NCBI GenBank assembly: GCA_964421955.1
Contig: CAYQYU010000004.1
Span: 1-64,000, forward strand
DNA: 64,000 bases
Origin: an uncultured archaeon
GTDB taxonomy: Archaea; Nanohalarchaeota; Nanosalinia; Nanosalinales; Nanosalinaceae
Direction of reading: 5' to 3'
The notes under the pieces are model-generated. The model saw nothing but the letters and a program-made list of their open reading frames with translations. It was not told the DNA's origin and made no database searches. Shown piece after piece: positions 1-8,526 of the stretch. Numbering within the stretch: position 1 is the first letter of the stretch; the number at the start of each line of letters is the position of its first letter. Position numbers and translations under genes: made by a program.

Positions 1-2458
1 TGCATACATGACAGACACAGTTTCAGTACCAGGAAGCGTTGCTGGATGGTCCGCAACAAACGGACTCACCCTGAACAGGGAAAACAGCAACCTGTTCCTA
101 GACGACGCGACAGACGCAGAACAGACCAGCCTGGACGACAGTGACCTGAACGTACTGGCAACAACCAACTTCGACTCCGAGGACAATGAGGAAGTTGAAG
201 TAGAGCACGAAGTAACAGTGGGTAACCAGCACCAGAACTTTGAGGTAGCTGGAGACAACGACGACCCATCTCTACACGTCAACGTCCCTACAAGTCCTAC
301 AAGCGGAAGCAACCTGTTCACAGCATCCGTCGAGTTCAGTGAGACAATGGACTTCTCAGTCCAGGACACCGACGATGTCTGGGCGAACGCAGACCAGGCC
401 ATCGAAGACGGAGACACGATCGAAATGTTCGGACAGGAGTACACCTACTCCGACGATTCCGACGCTGACGAGCTAATTCTGTTCGGCTCAAGCGACAGGT
501 TCGAAGTCGACACAGGAGAATCAGTAACAGAGACCATTGACGGCGATGAGCACACATTCGAGGCTCAGTACGTCGAAGATGGGGCAACAGCAGCAACCAT
601 CACGGTCGACGGATCGACAGAATCCGTTGAAGAAGGAGATTCCCTGACAGTCGGAGACCAGGAAGTCAGAGTATCCGACATCTTCAGGACAGGACCTGAT
701 GGACAGGGACGCGTAGCGTTCTCCATGGGTTCACAGGAAATCGCCATCCAGAACGACGGCGACGTAGAGCTCGGAGGAGACACCGTTGACGGCGTAGAAG
801 CCAACGTTGACGGAGCAAACTTCACCGAAGCTGACGGACTCGACTTCTACTTCGGCGCTTCAGACAGCGACGAAGACTACGTCGGAGCAGGAGAAACTTA
901 CGTTGACCCTGTATTCGGCGCAATCGAGTTCCACTACGGAGGACTCAACGCGAACGCTGCAGAAGACGCAGCAGGAACAGTCACAGTCGAGACAGCAGAC
1001 GAAGAATCTTCAACAGTCTCGTTCGCGACCGACTCTGGAGACTCTGCAGACGTCACCTTCATGGACTACGACAATAACGCCAACAACGGAGTAGAGCTAG
1101 CAGCAGACGCAGACGAAGAGATTGCAGTCCACGAAGACCAGGAAATACAGGGAGACGACTACATCGTCCTGAACTCCAACGAAGAAGCAGCAATGTACCA
1201 GGTGACCGAACTGGACAACAACGACGCCAGTAGCAGCAACGAAGGAGAGCTGAGCGTTACAGTAGAGAACGTCCACACAGGAGATTCTGCAACGGTCGAA
1301 GACGACAACATCGACGCCTCGGATCTGGACGGCAGCTACACCATGACCTCCGAGTCAATCGAAGGCATGGACTTCGATGTCACATTCACGACAAACGGAG
1401 TATCCTTCGACAACGGCAACATGGTCACACAGGTCTACCCGGCGCTCTACACACAGAGCGACGCAGCAGTGGCTTTCATGGAACAGACATCAACCTTTGA
1501 TGTCAACACGTCCATGGAAAGCAGCGGTGGAATTCTGAACTTCAGGTTCCCATCGACCACAAGCTCCGGCGATCAGGACCTAGCCATGAACATCACTGGC
1601 CTAGCTGAAGACGCTGCAGCCAACAACCAGAACTTCACAACTACGACAGTAGGTGGAATCAACTACAACATCACAGTTGAAGGAGACGGTTCAGCTGACG
1701 GCGCCTACAGCGTCACAGCTAACGCAACCAGTGTCTGGGATCCAGCAGTTGCTCTGGTACAGCCTGAGGACGACGAGGACAACGAGCAGTCGTTCGTCTT
1801 CGAGCCTGTCACAGGAGGAAGCAACAATCTGGACAGTCTGGACGTCACCTACACAGGAACCAAGAGCCACGAAGCATCTGGCGACCTTGGAAACGACGTC
1901 TGGGCGACAGCCGATCTGGACAGCGAGGACAACGTAGAAGTTGGTTACAACTTCTTCGGAACCTACACTGAGTACGACACAGATGACAGTGACTCTGAAG
2001 TCTTCACTGCCAACCTGCCAAGTGCTCAGTCAACAGCCGGAATGGCAGTCACAGGAACCGACGGATCTCTATCTGCTTCTGGAAGCAGTGCGGGATCAGT
2101 CGAGACCCAGACACCAACCGGATGGCCTTCCGCAGCCATGCTGGATTCTGAAGTGACTTCCAGTCACAGACAGAACTCCAACATGATCCTGGTCGGGGGA
2201 CCTGCAGTCAACGGACTTGTCAGCGACCTAGCTGACGAAGGAGACACATGGTCCACTGATCAGTACAGCCAGGGAACAGCCATCATTGATCTGGTATCCG
2301 ACGCATTCAGTCAGGGCAACGACGCTCTAGTTGTTGCAGGAATGAGTGCATCCGACACCAGAGAAGCGGCTGACTTCATCAGCAACTACGCTGATCACCA
2401 GGACGAGCTTTCCGGAACAGCTCGACACGAGCTAACCACAGCTCAGTCCACACAGTAA
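1..2458 (+). CDS. S-layer protein (5' end probably lies outside the window)
   Basis: >816 aa, extremely acidic, beta-rich; C-terminal 'NMILVGGPAVNGLV...LVVAGMSASDTREAA' matches the Methanococcales/Thermococcales-type S-layer C-terminal domain; no signal peptide in the visible part; frame open to the window edge. Confidence 0.85.
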   Translation, partial: AYMTDTVSVPGSVAGWSATNGLTLNRENSNLFLDDATDAEQTSLDDSDLNVLATTNFDSEDNEEVEVEHEVTVGNQHQNFEVAGDNDDPSLHVNVPTSPTSGSNLFTASVEFSETMDFSVQDTDDVWANADQAIEDGDTIEMFGQEYTYSDDSDADELILFGSSDRFEVDTGESVTETIDGDEHTFEAQYVEDGATAATITVDGSTESVEEGDSLTVGDQEVRVSDIFRTGPDGQGRVAFSMGSQEIAIQNDGDVELGGDTVDGVEANVDGANFTEADGLDFYFGASDSDEDYVGAGETYVDPVFGAIEFHYGGLNANAAEDAAGTVTVETADEESSTVSFATDSGDSADVTFMDYDNNANNGVELAADADEEIAVHEDQEIQGDDYIVLNSNEEAAMYQVTELDNNDASSSNEGELSVTVENVHTGDSATVEDDNIDASDLDGSYTMTSESIEGMDFDVTFTTNGVSFDNGNMVTQVYPALYTQSDAAVAFMEQTSTFDVNTSMESSGGILNFRFPSTTSSGDQDLAMNITGLAEDAAANNQNFTTTTVGGINYNITVEGDGSADGAYSVTANATSVWDPAVALVQPEDDEDNEQSFVFEPVTGGSNNLDSLDVTYTGTKSHEASGDLGNDVWATADLDSEDNVEVGYNFFGTYTEYDTDDSDSEVFTANLPSAQSTAGMAVTGTDGSLSASGSSAGSVETQTPTGWPSAAMLDSEVTSSHRQNSNMILVGGPAVNGLVSDLADEGDTWSTDQYSQGTAIIDLVSDAFSQGNDALVVAGMSASDTREAADFISNYADHQDELSGTARHELTTAQSTQ

Positions 2459-2459
2459 T

Positions 2460-2531
2460 CCAGGTTCCTCTTGAGGAGCTTGGTTAAGAAGCCTTCGGGG
2501 CTTCGCCCCATATCTTTTCTTTTTCTTCTTT
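2460..2531 (+). terminator. Two stem-loops plus U-tract after the S-layer gene
   Basis: CCAGGTTCCTC-TT-GAGGAGCTTGG (2460-2483) and GAAGCC-TTCGG-GGCTTC (2488-2504), then TCTTTTCTTTTTCTTCTTT. Confidence 0.7.
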
Positions 2532-2594
2532 CTATATTCTCCAGAGAAAAAAGGGATTACTCTTTAGTTCCGCAATTGACAAAACCTAACTGCT

Positions 2595-2918
2595 ATGGTA
2601 GACACTATCTCGACCCCAGAACTTGAATCAAAGATTGAAAATGGCGAAGACTTCACGCTTATAGACGTTCTGGGAGCGGACCATTTCGAGGAAGAACACC
2701 TCCCCGGAGCAGTCAACATTCCTCTCGACCAGATAGCGGAAGAGGCGCTGGACAGGTTCGACAAAGATGACGATCTTGTAGTGTACTGCGCGTCAGAATC
2801 CTGCCAGGCCTCGCCTAAGGCGGCGGAGAAGCTGGAATCGCTGGGATTTGAGAACGTGAAGGATTACGAGCCCGGAATTAAGGGCTGGAAAGAGACTGGC
2901 AATCCCGTAGAAAGCTAG
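2595..2918 (+). CDS. Single-domain rhodanese-like protein
   Basis: LIDVL..HF.EEHLPGAVNIP and VVYC(ASESC) motifs. Confidence 0.9.
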   Translation: MVDTISTPELESKIENGEDFTLIDVLGADHFEEEHLPGAVNIPLDQIAEEALDRFDKDDDLVVYCASESCQASPKAAEKLESLGFENVKDYEPGIKGWKETGNPVES

Positions 2919-3211
2919 AAGAACTCTCCAAGGCCGTAGTGCAGATCCCATTCTCCGTCTCTCATCTCGCCTATGGGCAGCCTGAAGTTCAGGTCCGTCC
3001 CTCCCTTGTGAACCACTGCATACGCGGTGTAGCCATCCTCTGTGGGCTCCACCTCTTCAGTAAGGTAGTCGCCGAGTTCCATTCTTAAAGCGGTCATCTT
3101 CTCCCTGTCGATCTCCTCTTCAAGCATGTAGCTGGCCTCATCAAGAGAGATATCGGGAGAGAAAATCCTCCGTAGAGAATCAAGGTAGCCAGAGGATCGA
3201 CTCTTGGACAT
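2915..3211 (-). CDS. Hypothetical protein
   Basis: 98-aa acidic ORF filling the gap; TTAAG about 28 nt upstream. Confidence 0.65.
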   Translation of the reverse strand: MSKSRSSGYLDSLRRIFSPDISLDEASYMLEEEIDREKMTALRMELGDYLTEEVEPTEDGYTAYAVVHKGGTDLNFRLPIGEMRDGEWDLHYGLGEFF

Positions 3212-3249
3212 TCCAAGGGATAATTGTCAGAGCCGGCTTAAGTTTCCTT

Positions 3250-3462
3250 TCACTCCCTGTTCACGCCGACCATCCTGTGCCGGGTGCCGAAGACCTCGCT
3301 GGTGTAAGTCCTTACCTCGCCCTCCGCTTCAAGAAAGTTTAGGCAGCGGTGGACATCGTCCTCGGTAAAGTCGAGTTCCTCCGCAATCTTCAGTGCGGAC
3401 GGCCGCGAGCCCTGATCCACTATCTCCCGGGCCTTCTGCTTCACCTTTTCCGCTCTTCTCAT
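3250..3462 (-). CDS. Small winged-helix DNA-binding protein
   Basis: PSALKIAEELDFTEDDVHRCLNFLEAEGEV is an HTH followed by a wing. Confidence 0.75.
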   Translation of the reverse strand: MRRAEKVKQKAREIVDQGSRPSALKIAEELDFTEDDVHRCLNFLEAEGEVRTYTSEVFGTRHRMVGVNRE

Positions 3463-3500
3463 ATTTAAACGGTTTAAACAGGCCTGAACAAAAAGCTTTC

Positions 3501-3686
3501 ATGGACCCGGAAAAGATTCTAGACGAACTGGAGCACGACGTGGAGGGCCTGGAGCACGACTTTGACGCGGTTAAAGACCCGGAGGCCGATGACTCGCTCA
3601 GGGAGAAACAGGAAAAGGCGGAAGAACTGCTGGAAAAGATTCACGAGCAGATAGAGTTTCTCGAGGAACAGGTGGAAAACGAATAA
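3501..3686 (+). CDS. Small acidic helical hypothetical protein
   Basis: MDPEKILDELEHDVEG...; ATG about 25 nt after TTTAAA; divergent from the previous gene. Confidence 0.7.
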   Translation: MDPEKILDELEHDVEGLEHDFDAVKDPEADDSLREKQEKAEELLEKIHEQIEFLEEQVENE

Positions 3687-3723
3687 ATCTTTAGGACATG
3701 ATTAACACATGTGGTGATCAAAA

Positions 3724-4134
3724 ATGCGCAGGATGAAACGTGATTCCTTCGACGACGTCTTTGGCCGGATGCAAAACCTTTTCGAGGAGTTCCAGGACAT
3801 GGGCAGATCCATGGTCGGCGGGATACCGGTCGACATCCAGGAGGAAGACGGCAAGATCATAGTAAAGGCCGACCTTCCAGGAGTTAGCAAGGAAGATATC
3901 AACCTGAAAGCCGATGCGGAAAGCCTTGAAATCTCCGCGGAAAGCTCCGAAGAGATCAGGGAAGAGAACGAGAAATACCTCCGGCGGGAGCGTTCCCAGA
4001 GGAGCTACAGGAGAACCGTCCGCTGGCCCGCGGCCGTTGACCCAGAGACAGTCGAGGCAGACTACAGCGAAGGCGTGCTGACAGTCACCGCAGAGAAAGA
4101 GGAGAACGACGGGGTAAATATCGACATCAGCTAG
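3724..4134 (+). CDS. hsp20: Small heat-shock protein (Hsp20/alpha-crystallin)
   Basis: PVDIQEE..IIVKADLPGVSKEDI...A.YSEGVLTVT. Confidence 0.95.
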   Translation: MRRMKRDSFDDVFGRMQNLFEEFQDMGRSMVGGIPVDIQEEDGKIIVKADLPGVSKEDINLKADAESLEISAESSEEIREENEKYLRRERSQRSYRRTVRWPAAVDPETVEADYSEGVLTVTAEKEENDGVNIDIS

Positions 4135-5140
4135 CGGTTAAAAACGCCGCATCTCCGTCCCTTTCAACCTCTACTTCTTTTCCAAACTTTCTCATTACCT
4201 CAAGCGAGGTCTGGACATGCGGAGTTATCTCCGGAATCCTGGCTTTGCCGCCCACGAGCCCCAGAAATATCACCAGCTGGTCAGACATGTACGGGTCGAC
4301 CGCGGCCTCCGAGGCATGAAATTTTTTGAAACCCTGGATCACTTCCTGCGCAACTTCCTCCGAGCGCTTGCCCTGCTCACCAAGCGCGTCAAAGCCCGCG
4401 ATAGAGTTCTTGTATACCGCTTTAAGCACCAGAGAGGAGCCGGTAGAGTCTGTATCTACATACTCGACATTTTTTTCTACCTCCACGGAAATGTGGGAAT
4501 TTTTCAGTTTTCTCGCAGCCTCGTCGGCCTGTCTATCCGCGACTTTCGGTTCTTCAAGCTCCCGAGAAGCCTTTGAGTATATCTCGAATCTTCCCAGCGA
4601 GCCTCTTTCCGTCAGCTCCAAGCCGTCCATCGAAAACGGCAGGGTCTTGAGCCTCACTTCGCCTCCGCCACGGGGATAGAAACCGGTTCTCCTGACATCC
4701 ATGCGGGCTTCCATCCCGAACTTCCTGAGGAGCGGGAGCTTTACCTGACGGTAGTACTCGACCGCGGGGGACCATTTAACATCGGTTCCTCCTTTAACAT
4801 CGAGGCGGAAGTCCTGGTTGAACTGCGTCGTTAAAGGAAGCACAGTGTCGAGAAGCAGCGTCACGCTGCCCGCGGTCCCGATGTTCGCGGTGAAGTTCCG
4901 TGGCTCGAGCTCTCCAGGCCTGAACTCAAGTGTCCGCGACTGCTCCTCCAGTCCCTCTGATTCGGCGTTGCAGAGTCTCGCAACAGTTTTGACCGCCTCT
5001 ATGTGCTGGTGCTTGAGCCCGGGATTCGGCCGGGAACTGCGGATATTATTCATAGCGAACGGTTCTCCTGTTATCGCCGAGAGCGATACAGAAGAGCGAA
5101 GCATCTGGCCGCCGCCTTTTGATCCATCGATCTCGATCAT
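4127..5140 (-). CDS. rtcA: RNA 3'-terminal phosphate cyclase
   Basis: MIEIDGS.GGGQMLR, RPNPGL..QH, GGTDVKWSP, GFYPRGGG, DQL and catalytic His (TPHVQT); start reassigned to ATG 5140. Confidence 0.95.
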   Translation of the reverse strand: MIEIDGSKGGGQMLRSSVSLSAITGEPFAMNNIRSSRPNPGLKHQHIEAVKTVARLCNAESEGLEEQSRTLEFRPGELEPRNFTANIGTAGSVTLLLDTVLPLTTQFNQDFRLDVKGGTDVKWSPAVEYYRQVKLPLLRKFGMEARMDVRRTGFYPRGGGEVRLKTLPFSMDGLELTERGSLGRFEIYSKASRELEEPKVADRQADEAARKLKNSHISVEVEKNVEYVDTDSTGSSLVLKAVYKNSIAGFDALGEQGKRSEEVAQEVIQGFKKFHASEAAVDPYMSDQLVIFLGLVGGKARIPEITPHVQTSLEVMRKFGKEVEVERDGDAAFLTAS

Positions 5141-5183
5141 AAGTAGAGGTAGTCTTGAAAAGTTTTCAATCGTACCACGAAGT

Positions 5184-5702
5184 ATGGACAAGTTCTTTTC
5201 CCAGTCGCCCGAACAGCTCGATGGATTTCTGGACTTCATTGACGAGGATCTCGAAAACGTTCGGCGCGTCGTCAGGTTCTGCAGGCAGGAAACCCTTGAC
5301 GTGGAGTTCCGCGTGCACGCGAAGTCTGAGACCGCCCGTGAGTCCGCGGAGAAGCTGGATGTCGACCTCCAACAGATAGTGAAGACTCTTGTGTTCATCA
5401 CAGGAGGCGACCCGGTTGCGGTGCTCTGTCCCGGCGATTCAAGGGTCGACGAGCAGAAGCTGAGGTCTCTGACTGGAGGAGAAGTCAGGATGGCCCGGCC
5501 CCGGGAAGTGGAGGACGCAACGGGCTACGTTGTCGGCGGAGTCTCCCCCTTTGACCTCAATATCCCGGTTTACATGGAAGAGTCGATACTGGAGCACGAA
5601 AAAGTCAAGCCGGCCGCGGGCTCAAGAGTTGTGGGCGCACTCCTAGATCCAGAAGATCTGAAGGAGATAACAGAAGCGGAAACTCTCGAAATTGTGGAAT
5701 AG
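5184..5702 (+). CDS. YbaK/ProX-family aminoacyl-tRNA editing protein
   Basis: QIVKTLVF and TGYVVGGVSPF motifs; start reassigned to ATG 5184. Confidence 0.9.
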   Translation: MDKFFSQSPEQLDGFLDFIDEDLENVRRVVRFCRQETLDVEFRVHAKSETARESAEKLDVDLQQIVKTLVFITGGDPVAVLCPGDSRVDEQKLRSLTGGEVRMARPREVEDATGYVVGGVSPFDLNIPVYMEESILEHEKVKPAAGSRVVGALLDPEDLKEITEAETLEIVE

Positions 5703-5750
5703 ACGCAGAGCTTCACAATTAATTTAACGTTTCGAGAAACCAGATTACCT

Positions 5751-6770
5751 ATGGATCACAAACAGAGGAAACAGCTCGTCCTCAGGAACACTGAAGAAGT
5801 CGTGACAGAGGAAGAGCTAGAAGAAGTTCTCGAAAAGGATAACCCGAGGTGCTACGTCGGTTACGAGACCTCGGGTCCCGTGCATCTCGGCCACTGGATC
5901 TCGGTCAGGAAGATGCTTGACCTCCAGAAAGCGGGCTTCCAGCCCGTGATCCTCTGGGCTGATCTCCACACATACCTCAACAAGAAGGGTGAGGAGGGCT
6001 GGATCGAGGCCATGACCGACTACTGGCAGGCAACATTCGAGGCCCTCGGGCTCGAGGCCGAATACGTCCACGGCCGCTCATTTGAGGAAAAGACAGAGTA
6101 CTTCCACGACATCCTTGAGATGGCGAAAGAGACCACGATTAATAGAGGCACCCGCTCGATGTCGGAGGTCGCCCGGGACAAGGAGAACCCTTACATCTCC
6201 CAGATAATCTATCCATTGATGCAGGCGCTGGACATAGAGTACCTTGATCTTGACCTCGCGGTCGCAGGAATAGACCAGCGGAAGATCCACATGCTTGCCA
6301 GGGAAAAGCTGCCGAAGCTCGGTTACAGGAAGCCCACGTGCCTCCACTGGCCTATGCTCGCCTCGCTTTCAGGCACCGGAGACAAGATGTCCTCAAGTAA
6401 GAAAGAGACAATGTTTCCGCTACATGCGGATCCCTCCCACATAAGAGAGGTCATCACGGAGGGCTACTGTCCCTCAGGAGAGACAGAGGACAACCCCGTG
6501 CTTGAGATCGCGAAGTACTTCATTTTCGGCGCAGATCGCAACCTGGAGATTGAGAGACCTGAAGAATACGGCGGAGATGTAGAGTACGATAACTACGAGG
6601 AGCTGGAGAAGGACTTTGAATCCGGGGAGCTCCACCCACAGGATCTGAAGAACGCAGTCGCAGAGGACGTGGTCGAACGGTTCAAACCTGTCCGGGAACG
6701 TTTCAAGGAGGAGCCTGAACTGCTCGAACCGCTTGAAGAAATCGGCCATGAGACTCCAGATTACATCTAG
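5751..6770 (+). CDS. tyrS: Tyrosine-tRNA ligase (archaeal type)
   Basis: YVGYETSGPVHLGH, YPLMQALD, GIDQRKIH, KMSSS. Confidence 0.97.
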   Translation: MDHKQRKQLVLRNTEEVVTEEELEEVLEKDNPRCYVGYETSGPVHLGHWISVRKMLDLQKAGFQPVILWADLHTYLNKKGEEGWIEAMTDYWQATFEALGLEAEYVHGRSFEEKTEYFHDILEMAKETTINRGTRSMSEVARDKENPYISQIIYPLMQALDIEYLDLDLAVAGIDQRKIHMLAREKLPKLGYRKPTCLHWPMLASLSGTGDKMSSSKKETMFPLHADPSHIREVITEGYCPSGETEDNPVLEIAKYFIFGADRNLEIERPEEYGGDVEYDNYEELEKDFESGELHPQDLKNAVAEDVVERFKPVRERFKEEPELLEPLEEIGHETPDYI

Positions 6771-6907
6771 CCTGGTCGGAACAAATTTAACTTTTCCAGA
6801 GACATTTCTCCCATGGTCACAATCAAGGGTGGACGTTTTTCCGCTCGGCAAACTTGAATCGCTTCCAAAACATTTCCTAGTTAAAGCTTTCTTCCGCTGT
6901 GGATACT

Positions 6908-8173
6908 ATGCTTGACATAGAGCTCTTCCGCGAGAATCCCGAGAAGATCAAGGAATCAGAGAAGCGCAGGGACAAGGATGTATCCCGCGTTGACAGAGTC
7001 GTTGAACTCGACCAGGAGTGGCGAGAAAAGCTACAGAAACTCGAAGACCTCAGGGCCGAGAGGAACACCGTGGGCGACGAGATCGCCGAGCTGAAGCAGG
7101 AGGGCAAGGATGCGGAGGAAAAGATCGAGAAGATGTCGAAAGTCAAGCAGCGCATCGAAGAGCTTGAGGAAGAGGTCGAAGAACTCAAAGAAGAGCGGGA
7201 CGAAGTCAGGTACAGGATAGGAAATATCGTCCACGAGTCCGTTCCAAAGGGCGAAGACGAGGACGACAACGTCGAGTTAAGGACCTGGGAGCCTGAAGAA
7301 GGGAAGAGAGAGGAAGCAGATCTCAGCGCCGACTTGCTCAAGGATAGCAACCTGGTGGAGACAGAGAAAGCGACGGAAGTTGCCGGCGACCGCGCCTATT
7401 ATCTCAAGCGCGACCTCGTGAGAATGAACTGGGCTCTCCAGCAGTTCGCGATGGATCTTCTCATAGAGCAGGATTACATACCCCACCAGACGCCTTACTA
7501 CCTAGAACAGGAGGCGATGGAGGCGGCTGCGGAGCTTGAGGACTTCCACGAGCAGCTCTACAAGCTAGACCGAGAGGACAAGTACCTTATCGCGACCTCG
7601 GAGCAAACACTAGCTGCGCTACAGTTTGATGAAATTATTGAGCCACAGGAGCTGCCTCTAAAGTACGCAGGTTTCTCCACAAATTTTAGGCGAGAGGCCG
7701 GAAAGCACGGCACACAGACCCGGGGTATCTGGCGTGTCCACCAGTTCGAGAAGATAGAGCAGTTCGTTTTCTGTGATCCGGAGAACTCCTGGAAGCTACA
7801 CGAAGAGCTTCTTGATAATGCGGAGGAGGTGCTCCAGGAGCTAGAGCTGCCATACCGGGTCGTAAACGTCTGTACGGGCGACCTGGGCGACACTCCGGCG
7901 AAAAAGTACGATATCGAGGTCTGGCGACCTCCTCTAGAAGAGTACGGCGAGATTGTCTCCTGTAGTAACTGCACAGATTACCAGGCAAGAAAGCTCGGCA
8001 CGCGTATAAGGCGGTCGGGCGGCAACCAGACAGCTCACACCTTGAACGCTACGGCACTGGCGACGTCCCGGGCCATCTCTGCGATCGTAGAAAACCACCA
8101 GAGCGACCGCGGAATAGAGATTCCAGAGGCCCTGCAGCCCTACATGGGAGGCCAGGAGTACATAGAGATCTAG
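6908..8173 (+). CDS. serS: Serine-tRNA ligase
   Basis: N-terminal coiled coil, LIATSEQ, FRREAG, RVHQFEKIEQF, EIVSCSNCTDYQAR. Confidence 0.97.
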   Translation: MLDIELFRENPEKIKESEKRRDKDVSRVDRVVELDQEWREKLQKLEDLRAERNTVGDEIAELKQEGKDAEEKIEKMSKVKQRIEELEEEVEELKEERDEVRYRIGNIVHESVPKGEDEDDNVELRTWEPEEGKREEADLSADLLKDSNLVETEKATEVAGDRAYYLKRDLVRMNWALQQFAMDLLIEQDYIPHQTPYYLEQEAMEAAAELEDFHEQLYKLDREDKYLIATSEQTLAALQFDEIIEPQELPLKYAGFSTNFRREAGKHGTQTRGIWRVHQFEKIEQFVFCDPENSWKLHEELLDNAEEVLQELELPYRVVNVCTGDLGDTPAKKYDIEVWRPPLEEYGEIVSCSNCTDYQARKLGTRIRRSGGNQTAHTLNATALATSRAISAIVENHQSDRGIEIPEALQPYMGGQEYIEI

Positions 8174-8237
8174 AATTCTTCACTCAGGGCTACAAAGGTA
8201 CATAAGCGACAGGCGACCAGTTAATCTTGGTGATAGC

Positions 8238-8447
8238 ATGAATGTATCAAGAGCTCTATCCGGACTTGTCGAGAACGCAGTTGCGTTCGTAGTGATGATC
8301 CTGCTCGGCATAGTGTCCTTCTTCGTAACCCTCTTCGTGGTACAGGCGGGAAGCGCACTTGCAGGTTACGAGCCGAGCGCCGACTTTGCGGTACTTTCAG
8401 CCGCGCTGATCGTAGTGGCGTCTATCATAGCAGGGTCAATGAAGTAG
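8238..8447 (+). CDS. Small two-TM membrane protein
   Basis: 69 aa with two hydrophobic segments. Confidence 0.75.
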   Translation: MNVSRALSGLVENAVAFVVMILLGIVSFFVTLFVVQAGSALAGYEPSADFAVLSAALIVVASIIAGSMK

Positions 8448-8526
8448 TGACCTGGAACCCATTTTTCTTCTTTTTATCCCGACAAGAGTCATTCCTATAA
8501 AAGTCTGATTCTTACTGAGTTTCTCT

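Noticed and set aside
4127-5702. Apparent long overlap of the 424-aa and 294-aa ORFs
   Set aside because: Artefact of upstream alternative starts; true starts at 5140 (-) and 5184 (+) are divergent and do not overlap
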